A DNA stretch of 58,166 bases, filler included, from Catajapyx aquilonaris (taxonomy: Eukaryota), in NCBI GenBank assembly GCA_000934665.2. It is 2 parts of 2 records of this genome, joined end to end, with 100 filler letters (N's around TTAATTAATTAA, not from the genome) between each part and the next. Parts side by side here need not be neighbours in the genome. Positions count along the whole stretch, not along the records: positions 1 to 29,165 come from JYFJ02004845.1; 1 more part is not named here. One strand, written 5' to 3'. A model generated the notes under the pieces. That model did no database searches. It was not told the origin of the DNA and saw only the letters and a list, made by a program, of their open reading frames with translations. This document shows, piece by piece, positions 10,590 to 22,844 of this stretch (position 1 is the stretch's first letter; each line of letters opens with the position of its first letter). The translations under genes and the position numbers were made by a program.

Positions 10590-13500
10590 ATGGAGATGAT
10601 GAGATTGGGGAGGTTCCGCTGTCCCCAGTGCCCCAACAACGTCTTCAAGAGGAAGATTGACCTGTTGGCGCACAGCTTCACTCACTCCCAGTGGGACAGG
10701 GTCAAGGTGGAGCCAGAGGAGGAGGAGCCAGTGGAGGTCACCATCAGGTGCACCAAGGAGGATGAGGAGAAGGTCAGGGAGTGTTGGAAAGGAAGGCTGG
10801 AGGTCAAAGGGGAGACAGGGGAGGAGGAGGGCAACAGCAGCCATCAGGAAAGTGACCCCGGGTCAGCAGCAGAGGCGGAGGGCAGGGACAGGCAGGAGGC
10901 TGGTGACACTGATCCAGACGGGGAGGAGGGGGCAGGAGGAGGAAGCGATGGAGGCGGAGGAAGGCAAATCCAGGTGAGATAACCATACATGTTGTGCATG
11001 TTCCCACGATGGGGTCGGAAATTGTGGGACAAAAAAGATCTAAAAAATAAAATATTCAGACAGTCTACAGTTGTAACGCAGGGTCTGCTCATAAATATTG
11101 ACTAATTTTTAGTGCAGCAGGTTGTTCCTAATAGTAGGCCAGTCGGACTAAAAAGTGACAATTTGTTTCATCATCCCTGTTTATTGATATGTGCTAATCA
11201 AGTTTGAAATTCTACATTCTTCGTCTTTCAAATGTCCACTATAAGTGCTAATAATCCCCGGAATTTAAATTTCAATGGCAATGGGAAATGAAACTTGGTT
11301 TTATGAGTCATGTATTATACATTGAAACTGTTTTTTGCCACAGAAGTTGCTTGCACAGAGATGAGACAATGTAACTATGGCCAATGCTAAAGGTGACCAG
11401 ATTTCCAAGCCCCAAATTCGGGGTAAGTTACCTAAAAATGTCGAGTGAGGAGCAGGTGATGATAAAAGACCATTGCAAGCTTGCTTTTATTTGATTTAAA
11501 CATGAAGATAATAGTAGGCCTACTTAGTTTTTGCCGCCATGAGAATGATGTTGTGGTGGTTTGGATCTTCCCTGGTCTCCCCCAGATGCATCATCCACAT
11601 CGCTTGCTAACCACCCACCTCGGCTTGTAATCATATTTACCCTAACTTACTATACTTACTGCACTGACGCTGCCATTACCGTGACAAACGGGCGTCCCGA
11701 ATGACCCTTGACAAAAACCGGGAGAACGGGTGAAATTCCGGAAACGTCTGTTCGCCTTATTACCGAAACCGGCAATTAGATTGAATAGGGGCATGCGTCC
11801 CTCCATCCAAATGGAGGCTGGCGTTGAGTTGCGCAGAAGGCCGGTAGCCGCTAATTGGCATTTAGGAACATTATTTATTTATTTTAAAGCTATCGAATCA
11901 TCTTTTGCACTAATTTAGCGTGCAATCTCTTGAGGAGGTTTGGGGGCAACTATGTATGCCAAAAATTTGCCGGGAAAGGTCGTATTTTTTTTTTCAGCGG
12001 CCGCAAAAAGATGATTTCGTTTAAGTTAATCTGGTTAATCCGGTTTATTTACGCAAGATTTTGTAGTCCAAAACTCGCGATTTTTTACGCGAGAGAAAAT
12101 TTAAAAAGCCACACAGAAACCACGTTACATAGTGGGAAAACGCTATAGTTTCGCCAGCTGAATTTTTTAAAGCCACCGTATCTGCATATGATACGCCCGT
12201 CTTATTAGAAACCTGTCAGGAAAAATCAAGTCTCACTTTTGAGTAGAACGTTTTTAGGAACAACTTTTGCTGCTCATTTCGAAATTTCTCAATTTGCAAC
12301 AGTATGTTGTAGTGTTGCAGTCGTGTTGCATGAATGACCTATTCTCAGACCTCTATAGCTAGAGTGGATTCTTGTTCCTCCCAGTGACTAATAATTCCAT
12401 CCAGCAACAGATGTGCTTGAATGTGATTGGACTGTTCTAGGCAGAGGCTTTATAATTACGGAAGGAGCATGTCACCCAAGTAACCAGTGTATGTTGAGGG
12501 TGTGTCTAATTTTTTTTGTAGTACATGTGGATTGCCAGGACCATTTCCACCTGTCTTGCTTAGAGTGACATTTCGGGACTCACAACGGAAGTGTAAGTGT
12601 TGTCCTTGGAGTTTCTGAATGAAACTTGGTAGGGATGAAAAACGCACCCAAAGTGACCTGTTCAAAATGACCCAGTGACCCCTTTTTGGGGGCTATCAAT
12701 GCACCGAATTTCAAAAAAATGGATGAGTTTTCGGCATTTAAGAGTTGACCTCTGCCCCCCCCCCCCCCAAACAGGGGTCATTTTGAGCAGGTCACCTTAG
12801 GTGCGTTTTTCATCTCTTGGGGTGGCCTACCAATGTACCGAATTTCAAGAAAATCGGTGAGGCCTTGAAAGTGTCCCTTGTGAGTTCGAGAGGTCATAAC
12901 CTTTGACATTGTGGGCATTCGCCTAAATTGTTTGCATTTCGGGGAGATGAAGTGGCGTCGCGGTAACGCGTGGGCCCACGGATATGAAGGTCCCGGGTTC
13001 AATCCCCACCCGGGGTTCCCTCTTTATCCGTGCAGAGTTGGGCCATCTCTGGCTTCATTTCGGGTGGCAATTTTCGACAGACTAAGCCACCCGGGGGAGT
13101 TCACAAAATGACCGTCCGTCCGTTAGAGACATTGCACATGCACTTTGCACATCCCCTCCCACACCCTTGGAGTACACTAATAAGATTCTTCTTAACTCGC
13201 TCCAACAAATCCCGATGGTGGTAGTTTCACCCCCCCCCCCCCCCCCCCCAAGNATAGCTCCCCCCATGGGGTAATGTAAAAAAGTTTGTGTTTTCTTTAA
13301 TACGAGGGGGGTTCCGAAAGTCTTTACACTTTTTTTTTTGGCACAATGAATTTTTATTTTACGAATTTGACACCTTCATCTTCTCCACATAATCTCCCTT
13401 CAAAGCGATACACTTTTCCCAACGTTTTGGCATCTTCCTGATACCTTCTGCGAACCAACTTTTTGGAACACTGCGCACCCACTGCCGGACAGCTGCGTCC

Positions 13501-15447
13501 AGGGATTCCGCATCACTGAAGTGGTGGCCTCGCAATGGCTACTTCATAGCCCCGAACAAGTGGAAGTCACTGGGGACGAGGTCTGGGGAGTAAGGAGGGT
13601 GTACTTGCTAGTGTGGGGACGGGCATTGTCATGCTGCAGCAAAACCCCCAAAGCCCACTTTCCTGGCCTCTTTTTCTGGATGGCACGTCGTAGACGCTTG
13701 AGTGTCTCCACGTACGCTGGTCCATTAACAATCCTTGTCCGCAACTACCTGAACCTCCGTGTCTTCCAAATCGCACACCTACGGCGCTATTGCTCGGATC
13801 AGTCCCCGGACACTTATTGTCTTATACTACGTTCTGGTGTTATCACCTGCCGAGGCATTTCGCAGCGGGTGCTCACCTGAGAGCGCCATGAGACATTTAG
13901 GGGGCCACAGTAAGTGGCGACCCCACCGGACTAGACTGAACTTTATAGGTACTAAAGGGGAGGGCTACATCGGGCTACACGCTGGCCCAACATGGCCGCC
14001 GGCGGCCAAGTTGGGCCCCCCAATGTAGCCCTCCCCTTTCGTACCTATAAAGTTCAGTCTAGTCCGGTAGGGTCGCCACTACTGTGGCCCCCTAAATGTC
14101 TCATGGCGCTCTCAGGTGAGCACCCGCTGCAAAACGCCCCGGCAGGGGGTGGGTGGGAGTGACCAGACCTTACTTATATGACCGTGGCTCGGATCGAAAA
14201 GTAACGCCACCTATCGGTTCACAATACAACTAGAGACCAGTCCCTGAAATTGGTGGCAATACGAACATCATACCTCCTGTGAAAAAAATTAAGTGTAAAG
14301 ACTTTCGGAACCCCCTCGTAACTTACCTGCCTATATTATTGTGCCAAGTTTCATTCAGAAACTCCACGGACAACACTTACACTTCCCTTGTCAGATGGGT
14401 CACTGTGACTCCTATTGACACCTCATCATGAAAATAATTAAGTCAATCCTGGAAGCCATCTGGACATTGACAACACCTTGTCCTGAATAGAGGAAAAATC
14501 ATGCCAAACAGGTTCTGGCGGATTGTGGGGAGGAGGCCAGGGGGGTTGGGGTCAAGGGATGGGGGCTTTACGCCAAGAATTTAACGAGCTCATACCCATT
14601 TCAGGCAAACGATGATCAAGAAAATGTGAAGGATGGAAACCAGCAAGACATGCAGAGAAGGAAACACTTGGAGGGGAAGGTAATTTGTCAGATTTGTAAG
14701 AAGAAATTCACTTCCCGGAGTCATTTGAGGATTCACATGAGAATCCATTCTGGGGAGAAGCCATTCAGGTGCAAGGTTTGCAAGAGAAAGTTTAGTCAGG
14801 CAGGGAGTTTGAATACACACATGAGAACCCACACAGGGGAGAAGCCATACAGTTGCGAGGTTTGTGAGAGAAAGTTTAGTGAGTCAGGAAGTTTGAATAA
14901 TCACATGAGAACCCACACCGGGGAGAAGCCATTCAGTTGCAAGGTTTGCAAGAGAAAGTTTAGCCGGTCAGGGGATTTGAATTTGCACATGAGGACCCAC
15001 ACAGGGGAGAAGCCATTCAGTTGCATAATTTGTAAGAGAAAGTTTCGTCACTCAGCAGGTTTGAATTCGCACATGAGGACCCACACAGGGGAGAAGCCAT
15101 TCAGTCGTATAATTTGTAAGAGAAAGTTTAGTCACTCAGGTGATTTGAATAGCCACATGAGGACCCACACAGGGGAGAAGCCACTCAGTTGCATTATTTG
15201 CAAGAGAAAGTTTAGTGAGTCAGGAACTTTGAATAGACACATGAGGACCCACACAGGGGAGAAGCCATTCAGTTGCATAATTTGCAAGAGAAAGTTTAGT
15301 CACTCAGGAAGTTTGAATGTCCACGTGAGAACCCACACAGGGGAGAAGCCATTCAGCTGTCAGATTTGCAAGAAAAGGTTTAGTCAGTCAGGAGGTTTGA
15401 ATATTCATATGAGAACCCACAAGGTCATAAGCCATTCAGTTGCCTGA
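10590..15447 (+). CDS. Tandem C2H2 zinc-finger protein (copy 1), 2 coding exons, about 408 aa
   Basis: Exon 10590-10973 has an ATG, a lone C2H2-like CPQC...H...H, VKVE and an acidic linker, ending at donor CAG|GTGAGA (phase 0). It joins exon 14605-15447 (acceptor tttcag, phase 0), which has 9 fingers with TGEKP linkers; finger 6 has C->R (FSRIIC). Confidence 0.8.
11020..11610 (+). repeat. Zinc-finger intron segment, locally triplicated
   Basis: Direct copies at about 19455-20030 (full) and about 18907-19260 (partial), sharing for example taggccagtcggactaaaaagtgaca...ggtgaccagatttccaagccccaaa. Confidence 0.85.
12941..13225 (+). mobile_element. tRNA-derived SINE, family A (tRNA-Arg(ACG)-like head)
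   Basis: GGGGAG start, A box TGGCGTCGCGG and B box GGTTCAATCC. Body shared with copies at 24480-24877, 25332, 34956 and 51760. Confidence 0.85.
13303..14318 (-). mobile_element. Deleted mariner element with intact TIRs
   Basis: TA|CGAGGGGG(G)TTCCGAAAGTCTTTACACTT TIRs at both ends with TA TSD. Minus-strand remnant YVETLKRLRRAIQKKRPGK...LLQHDNARPH is the mariner catalytic motif. Confidence 0.9.
13846..14146. repeat. About 300-bp near-perfect palindrome (foldback MITE) inside the mariner
   Basis: The left arm cctgccg...ggtgctcacctgagagcgccatgagacatttagggggccacag...ctttataggtac is mirrored on the right; centre ggccgccggcggcc. Confidence 0.85.
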
Positions 15448-16430
15448 TTTGCATGCTGATGCTTGCAGACTCCGGGAAAAGGCATGTGAAAACACACAAA
15501 AGAAAAGTAATTTTGGCATGTTACCTGGATCAACCATGTCATGTGCAATGTTTAGTTATTATGAACTGGTCGGGGCACCCTTGATGAGGATTTAGATTGG
15601 GAATGTTCAGGGAGAGACCATTAGTGTCAGGGATGCGAAAGACCCCCCCTGAAACCGATTTTTTTCCTATCCTACTATAGGTTTTGCATAAACAAAACTA
15701 GTGCAGATACAAGCTAATAAAGCTAAGCTAATGTGATTTTTAATCTTCAATTTTGCAAATAGAAAAGGAATATATTGTATGTTCACTTTCTTATGGACTT
15801 TTCGCAATCTTCCAAGTGTGTGGGGAGGCAGGCGGGGCGGGGGTTGGGCGGGGAGGGACCGCTGCTGTAGTTCTGGCTGNGTAGTTCTCGCTGTCCGAAA
15901 CTGTTGCCAGAATGACACTTAGAGATGAAAGGACGGAGGAAGTGAAAACTTGGGGACAACGTCCGACTCAACAGATGACAGGGCTGGTTTTCTCGGGTTT
16001 TCCCTCCCCCTGCGGCCATCTCCCCTCCCCGTCTCACCTGTCCTCCCCACCCACTTAGACTTGCAAGGCGGAATCTAAAAAGGGAACGCGACAATATTGA
16101 ATGGAAATGAGACATCTGGCATCATTTCACATCCCTTTGGCGTTGACTGATCGCAACATGTGTACCATTCATCGCGTACTTACATGTGAACACGTCATCT
16201 CCAATTTTTTCCTTGAAATGGTGCTTTTCTTAAGCGGATTCGGTAAGAGGCACGTAGAATGTAAAACCTTGCATATAAATAAGTGGAAGAGTTACTTCGG
16301 GCACTAGCAGAAAAATGTTTCTAATTCCCCAAAATTGATGGTCTTTTGCGTCATATTTATGTGCAGAAAGTTTTAGCTGGGGTGTTCACTACTGGACCCA
16401 AAAAACGTTGACGTTCCAAATCTCCTTCAG

Positions 16431-16920
16431 TCTCGATGTCTCTCTCGATGTCTCCTCGATGTCTCTCTCGATGTCTCCTTCAGTCTCGATGTCTCCGGTC
16501 GGCTGTTGTGGCGAGGACAAGGGGTTATTCACTAAATGTAGTCCTGGTACACCTTCGTATCTGGTCCGGGGGTAGTCCAAGGGTAGTCCGAGGTAGTCCG
16601 AGAAGTAGTCCGGGGGTAGTCCCAGTAGTGCGTGCACGCAAAAAATGTCAGTGCATGACCCTTCGGTCCCAGAAGGAGACACTCGAGACTGGGAAGGTAA
16701 AAAAAAAAGTACTCGGCATCCTGGCAATGAATTACTGAACATGGCTCCACAAAGCCCTTCACCCGAGAGATTATTCAGTTACATTTTTTTTGCGTACACG
16801 GACTACCCCGGACTACCCTTGGACTATCCCCGGACTACCTACGAAGATGTACAGTACACGGACTACCCTGAGTGAATAACCTCTCTCCCCCGCCACCACA
16901 GCCGGCCGGAGACATCGAGA
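16431..16920. mobile_element. Foldback-type MITE with tandem subrepeats in the arms
   Basis: Inverted arms tctcgatgtctccgg...gtagtcc(n)...cgcaaaaaatgt and acattttttttgcg...ggactac(n)...ccggagacatcgaga. Tandem tctcgatgtc units at 16431-16495. Confidence 0.7.
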
Positions 16921-19900
16921 TCAAGGCTGTCGATACTCGTACAGTCATCATTTTGGGTGTCCATAATAACTGGAACATTTGCACACTTGCGCGCATAACA
17001 ATTATTTAACTCAAAGTTAACCTGTATAACGTGGCACGAATGCGCACCTGATGATAGAGTAAGTCTCCACGATTCGAACGATATTTTTACTTGATGATTT
17101 CTTAAGCTATTCCCCTGGGAAGAGTGTCCGACGTGAATATTTTTTCCTTACCCTGTCGACCACTGGGACCTTACTTATAGTCGGTGTGGCTAAGGGAGCA
17201 CTCTGCCACATACTGTACCTTTAAATGGGATCTCCTCATACTGCAGGAGCTTCTGAAGGGCCAATTTAATACAATGGCAGGTACCTCCAACCTCGAAAGT
17301 GACTGTTTAAAATTGAGGGTAAATCGAAGGCCATATAAACAAAATAACTGAATGTAATTCAGCTCACGGCTCTGTATAACTCATTTGGACTATAGCTCTT
17401 CAATATGCCACTGGTTGAGAGAATATTTCCCCATATATTATGAATTAATATATTGTATTGTAGACAAAATAATTTGGGCCTTTTTAGTCTGTGTAGAGAG
17501 CAGTTTGTAATGTGTCGAGAAAGTAGTTGAATAATCATTCGTTGGCTGCTCACTCATTTCGTTATGATATTGATCAAAAATATGGCTGTTGATGTGTCCA
17601 CCTTGCAATATCCTTAATCCTAAATGTCCGATTACTTCTATATGACAGCTATGACAGTTGGAAATCATATTTCCGAAATCCAGGGGAACAAGATAGCTTT
17701 CGCCTTTTGGAATAAAGAATTCTCAGCTGTATTTTAAAATATTATGTGGTTATGGAATTATATACTGTATGTTCTTTGGGAGTGAACCTGCTGTGTACGT
17801 ACTGTGGTTGCTAAACCTGTAACATGCTTGATTACTAGAAAAATAAAAAAAACCTGTCGTGATGATTGCAGAATTCTTATATTTTTGTCTGTCGGCAGTG
17901 ATCCAACAAAGGGACCCAAAATTTCGGTTCTCATTGCATCATTAGAACTGGTTCACTCGGTTGATCAGATGGTGACCCAATAATATGACCCAATAATTTA
18001 GGCACAAAATTGTGACTTAATTATTGGGTCACTGCGAACCTCGTCATAGCTGCATCAGCTGAAGCCCCAGTTTTCTTCAAATTTTCATCTAAAATCAACC
18101 GTTTCATTTACATCTTTAATTATTATGTCAGATAACGTTAATATCGCTACTTCAAAGGGTTTTCTATGGGGTGTCGTTTCAAAATTAATATATTTAACAC
18201 GATTAAACCTGCCGCAAAGTAAGCTCTGAAATAAATTTTGGCTCAATATCTATGCTGAACAATTTATGAGAAAAAAGTCCCGATAGTGTCGTTGAGTAAG
18301 GAAAGCTGTTCTTAAGGGTTTGTAAGGTATATTGTAACATATATCAACTTATTAAAATTATTAAAAAATGAAAACCAATTTCCTAGCCAATTAAGATGAA
18401 ATGTTTTTTCTACAAGTTTTTGTACAAGTTGAAACAATGCGAACCCTTGGCGACGACCTAAACAAACTCGCTTATGCATGGGCAGCATATGGGGATTCGA
18501 CATGTCTACGCTTCTGCGGCCGTACGGCCGCAAAAATGGTGCGATCGACACAACAATTGCACCAAAAAGTAATAGATGATCTGGCGCAGGGCACCTTTTT
18601 CGTCTTTTTTCCATTTTCGGCCTAGGCATAACCTTTTCATCAAGTTGAAGTGAGAGGAAAATGGCGTCTCCGAAGAGTCCATTTGATTAACATGGCGGAA
18701 GGAATCGCGTGAAAATCGGTCACATTTCTGCACCCGTATGTCCACAATTTTACTGCAATCATGTCGAGTATGGTGCCATTGTAAAGGCGAAACCTTTGCG
18801 CAAGGCACCTTATTCGTGATTTTTCAGATTAAGGGCGCGTTTCGCGACAAAAAAATAAAGTTCCCTAAAAAATGCGCCTACCGTATTTTTGCTAATGCGC
18901 CGCCTTAATATTGACTCGTTTTTAGTGGAGGTTTTCTTAATTGTAGGCCTATCGGACTAAAAAGTGACAATAATTGCTTTTTCATCCCTGTTTATTGAGT
19001 TGTGCTAATCAAGTTTGATATTCTACATTCTTCTTGTTTCAAGTGTCCACTGTAAGTGCTAATAATCCCCGCAATTTAAATTTCAATGGCAATGGCAAGT
19101 GAAACTTGGTTTCATGAGTCGTGTATTATACACTGAAACTGTTTGTTTTTTGAAATACTGTAGTAGCCTATAGTTGCTTGCATAGAGATTACACAATGCA
19201 ACAATGGCCAATGCTAAAGGTGACCAGATTGCCAAGCCCCAAATTTGGGACACATACCTCAAAAACGTATTATGACAATACGTATTGCATTGGGAATCCT
19301 AATGATTGATTGGGAATTGAATGGCGCGAAAGCAGCAACGACTGCACTGACTATAAGGCTAACGATGTTACATGGTACATTATACACATGCTAATGGACT
19401 TTTATACTCCAACCTTTAGAAAGTTACACATATTATAAGGATAAGGACCCTGTGTATTGTGGGACAAAAGAGATCTAACATTCCGACAGTTGTAACGCAG
19501 GGTCTGCTCATGAATATTGACTAATTTTTAGTGCAGCAGGTTGTTCCTAATAGTAGGCCAGTCGGACTAAAAAGTGACAATTTGTTTCATCATCCCTGTT
19601 TATTGATATGTGCTAATCAAGTATGAAATTCTACATTCTTCTTCTTTCAAGTGTCCACAATAAGTACTAATAATCCCTGGAATTTTAATTTCAATGGCAA
19701 TGGCAAATGAAACTTGGTTTTATTAGTCATGTATTATACACTGAATCTGTTTTTTGCCAGTACGTAGCTGCGTGCAGAGATTCAGCAAAGTAACAATGGC
19801 AAATACTAAGGTGACCAGATTTCCAAGCCCCAAAATTCGGGATACGTACCTCAAAAATGCCGAGTGAACAGGAGGAGATGATGAAAGACCATTGCTAGCT

Positions 19901-20812
19901 TGCTTTTATTTTATTTAAATATGAAGATAATAGTACTTAGTTTTTGCCGCCATGAGAATGATGTTATGGTGGTTTGGATGGATCTTCCCTGCTGGTCTCC
20001 CCAGATACATAATCCAAGTCGCTTGCTAACCAGTCATGTTGCATAGAGGGACGCCGGAACCATCGCCCCCACTATTTTTTGAGTGGGGGGGGGGGAGTGG
20101 TTACCATTTGCGCCCGCAGTTTGAAATGGTCGCATACATTAATTAACCCCCCACTTTGTTTATCTTCTAAAACTAAAAATTTGAAGAAGAAAAATCGACT
20201 CAACCGGAATTTGTGAATGCACCATTAGCGACGGGCCCTTACTAGGAGAGAGGGGGCTAGCCGAGGGTTTGAAACGGGACTCTTTATTTTAGCTGAAGCT
20301 ATACCGCCGGGCATCGGCTACTTCTGTAGGCAGGGATGCCGCGAAGCTTTGATATAGGAAGAAAGGCACGCTATAAAATCATCAAGAATCCCGTTAAAAG
20401 GGGCCCAACAGTGTTTCTGGAAAAATAAGGGAAATACTTGAAAGAGTCCCTCTCTCTCAGTTTCGGTGTGAACTCGGGGCCTCTGGTATCGTCGGTGTTT
20501 TTCCGCATTCCGTATGGGACATTTTGCATCTGGTCGTCCCCTTGCTCGTACTCCCCCCCTCCCACTCCCGCCAGCCATGAATTAGTAGCATACCGGTATG
20601 TGTTGTGATGAGGTGTGCATAAGTGCCCAAGAATGAAGAGACAGCGAAATACGCTCTTCACATACTTTGGAAAGAAACAGGATGGCGATTCAGTCGTCGC
20701 CCGTAAAATTCCAAAGGCGATTGAAGGTCCGCATTGCATTGTTTTACAATGTTTCATCGCTTGCCACATTAGTACATTTAATCGACTTGAACTTTCGGAT
20801 AATATGGAAGTG

Positions 20813-20815
<3 letters not shown>

Positions 20816-20890
<75 letters not shown>
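20816..20890. repeat. (GA)n microsatellite
   Basis: Pure GA dinucleotide run. Confidence 0.95.
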
Positions 20891-20892
<2 letters not shown>

Positions 20893-21031
20893 GAGGGTTG
20901 CGTACACATTCATCCGCTTTACGTGTATAATGTACGATCATATTTAAATATTTACTGAACCGCCCTCGTATATTTCATTGAACCTAGCTACCCCCCCCCC
21001 CTCCGAAAATTGTTTACTTAATTTAGGCTCC

Positions 21032-21149
21032 TAGTCTGGTGACCCCGGGTAAGCTTTCCCGGGGGCAATCACCATGGCAGCATATGTAAAAGGATAGCAG
21101 TAAACAACAAGTTACCCAAGGGGGCAAGCTACCCGGGGTCACCAGACTA
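21032..21149. mobile_element. Small MITE
   Basis: TIR tagtctggtgaccccgggt / acccggggtcaccagacta. Confidence 0.65.
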
Positions 21150-21524
21150 TATACCTAGATGGCCATTTCAACAATATGCAGTAGCTGATTACCTGCCAAC
21201 CTTGAGGGATAAAGAATATTTCGTATGCAGATGTATTGTTACTGAATTCTTTAATGGCCTGTTTCCACCGTCACTATTTTAAAGGACAATACAAAACCAA
21301 AATTCGATGCAAATCCACACTGAAAAAGAGATCAAATACGAGTAATGAAGAACAATTATAGTAGATTATTCCTAGAATATGTTCTAGTTTTACAAATTGT
21401 GCTCGTCAAAAATGGGAATCCAACTGAATCCGAGAGAAGGAGAGAACCTAACCTCGAAAGGCTGTGAAATTGTGTAATTATCATAATTATTTAGCGATAA
21501 TTCAAGCAGATTATTGACGGTTAA

Positions 21525-22679
21525 GGTGGAAATGAAGCTAGAGTCACTTAATGAGAATTTTATGAAAAAACATATGTCACGCAGTTTTGTCCTCATATCA
21601 ATGGTGCAAAGAAAAATACACGTCACCGTGCAAATTAGCGAACTGGAGGGCTCAGAAGTTCGCGATTTAACATGGGCCCTTATGGAAGAATTTTCAATAG
21701 TCCACAAAAAATCATAAGTAAATGAGAATTTTAAAATTAAATGTGGAACATGTCGGGAATTACATACTGATCGCAACCGCAAAAAGAAAACCCTACCTCA
21801 CCGTGCTCTTTCAATTTGTATTGCGGAAAAACGATCCGAAAATGATCCAGTGACGTCACATTGCCTCGTGCGAGGAAGGAAGTGGCAACACAGCGTTGTT
21901 TACGGTAGCGAGATACGGTTGCATACGACCGCGAAATAATGTGAGTGCAAGTGAGATGGTGTGCCATGATAATATTATTGCGGCACTCTGTCAGTGTATG
22001 TGCTGGAAGAACCCCCGTCTTCGTTCGAATCTTCAATACGCAATGGGCAAAGGTCGATGACCCCGGGGTTTGGAACAAAAATTGCGTGACAAATGAAGCG
22101 CGCCATGTCACGTGACGCAATCACTGACGTAATGTCCATTTAATTAGTAATACTTTACAAAATTACATTTGTAATTAGACTTTATTATCACTTAATTACA
22201 CGCAGCGGTATAGTAAGTCCTATTTATTAGCGGGTTTTGCGAATCGAATAGTGGAAATTTGCTGCATTGCCACTTCTATCTGTCACACGCATACCAACTG
22301 AACGTGTTCCAAATCCGGCCCAAATGAAGAGCTACAGGCTCTCCCTTTCGGAAGTAAACTTTTAAAAATGCCTCGACAAATTGGGACCTGGTAATTACGA
22401 CCGAATAAAATTGATTTCCATCCAAAATAAAACATTAAGCACACCTCCAAATATCATGTTTAAGTTGGCAGTCGTGAAAATTGCGCCGGCGCACAAAAAC
22501 ATCCAGCCGGTAATAGGCCCATATTAAATCGAGATTAAAACGCAGATTCGAATGGAATGCATAGGATTGAACAGCATTTCCTGCTGCATCGGTTGCGTAT
22601 GTTTCCCTGATTTTAGCCCTTATTATTAACATTCCAATTCTAGACTCTCATTTGATTAGCAAGTCGCTTCATTTCCACC
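21525..22679 (-). mobile_element. Complete non-autonomous Kolobok-like DNA transposon, 1155 bp
   Basis: TTAA TSD on both sides (21521-21524 and 22680-22683) and 14-bp TIR GGTGGAAATGAAGC. Purine-purine termini with TTAA fit Kolobok rather than piggyBac. Confidence 0.85.
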
Positions 22680-22844
22680 TTAAGGGCGCACGATCACGAC
22701 GATTTTTCCCACTCGCGGAGTAATGAATATGGGAAAACTAATGCCAAGCAGGTTCTGCCGGGTTGTGGGGAGGAGGCCAGGGGAGTTGGGGTCAAGGGAT
22801 GGGGGCTTTACGCCAAAAATTTAACGAGATCATTCCCTTTTCAG

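Larger units (their letters stand above)
12580..14390. mobile_element. Outer TIR element (MITE) hosting a nested SINE and a mariner
   Basis: Inverted arms ggaagtgtaagtgttgtccttggagtttctgaatgaaacttgg (about 12587-12629) and ccaagtttcattcagaaactccacggacaacacttacacttcc (about 14344-14386). Exact ends uncertain. Confidence 0.6.

Noticed and set aside
14626..15447. 84-bp periodic repeats resembling a CRISPR-like array
   Set aside because: The period equals a 28-aa zinc finger; this is a coding repeat in a eukaryotic gene.
17359..17700. Short minus-strand ORFs that might be decayed coding sequence
   Set aside because: No recognisable motif, and multiple stops in all frames.
20371..20947. ORFs with SLSLSL / ERERER runs
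   Set aside because: Translation of a (GA)n microsatellite.
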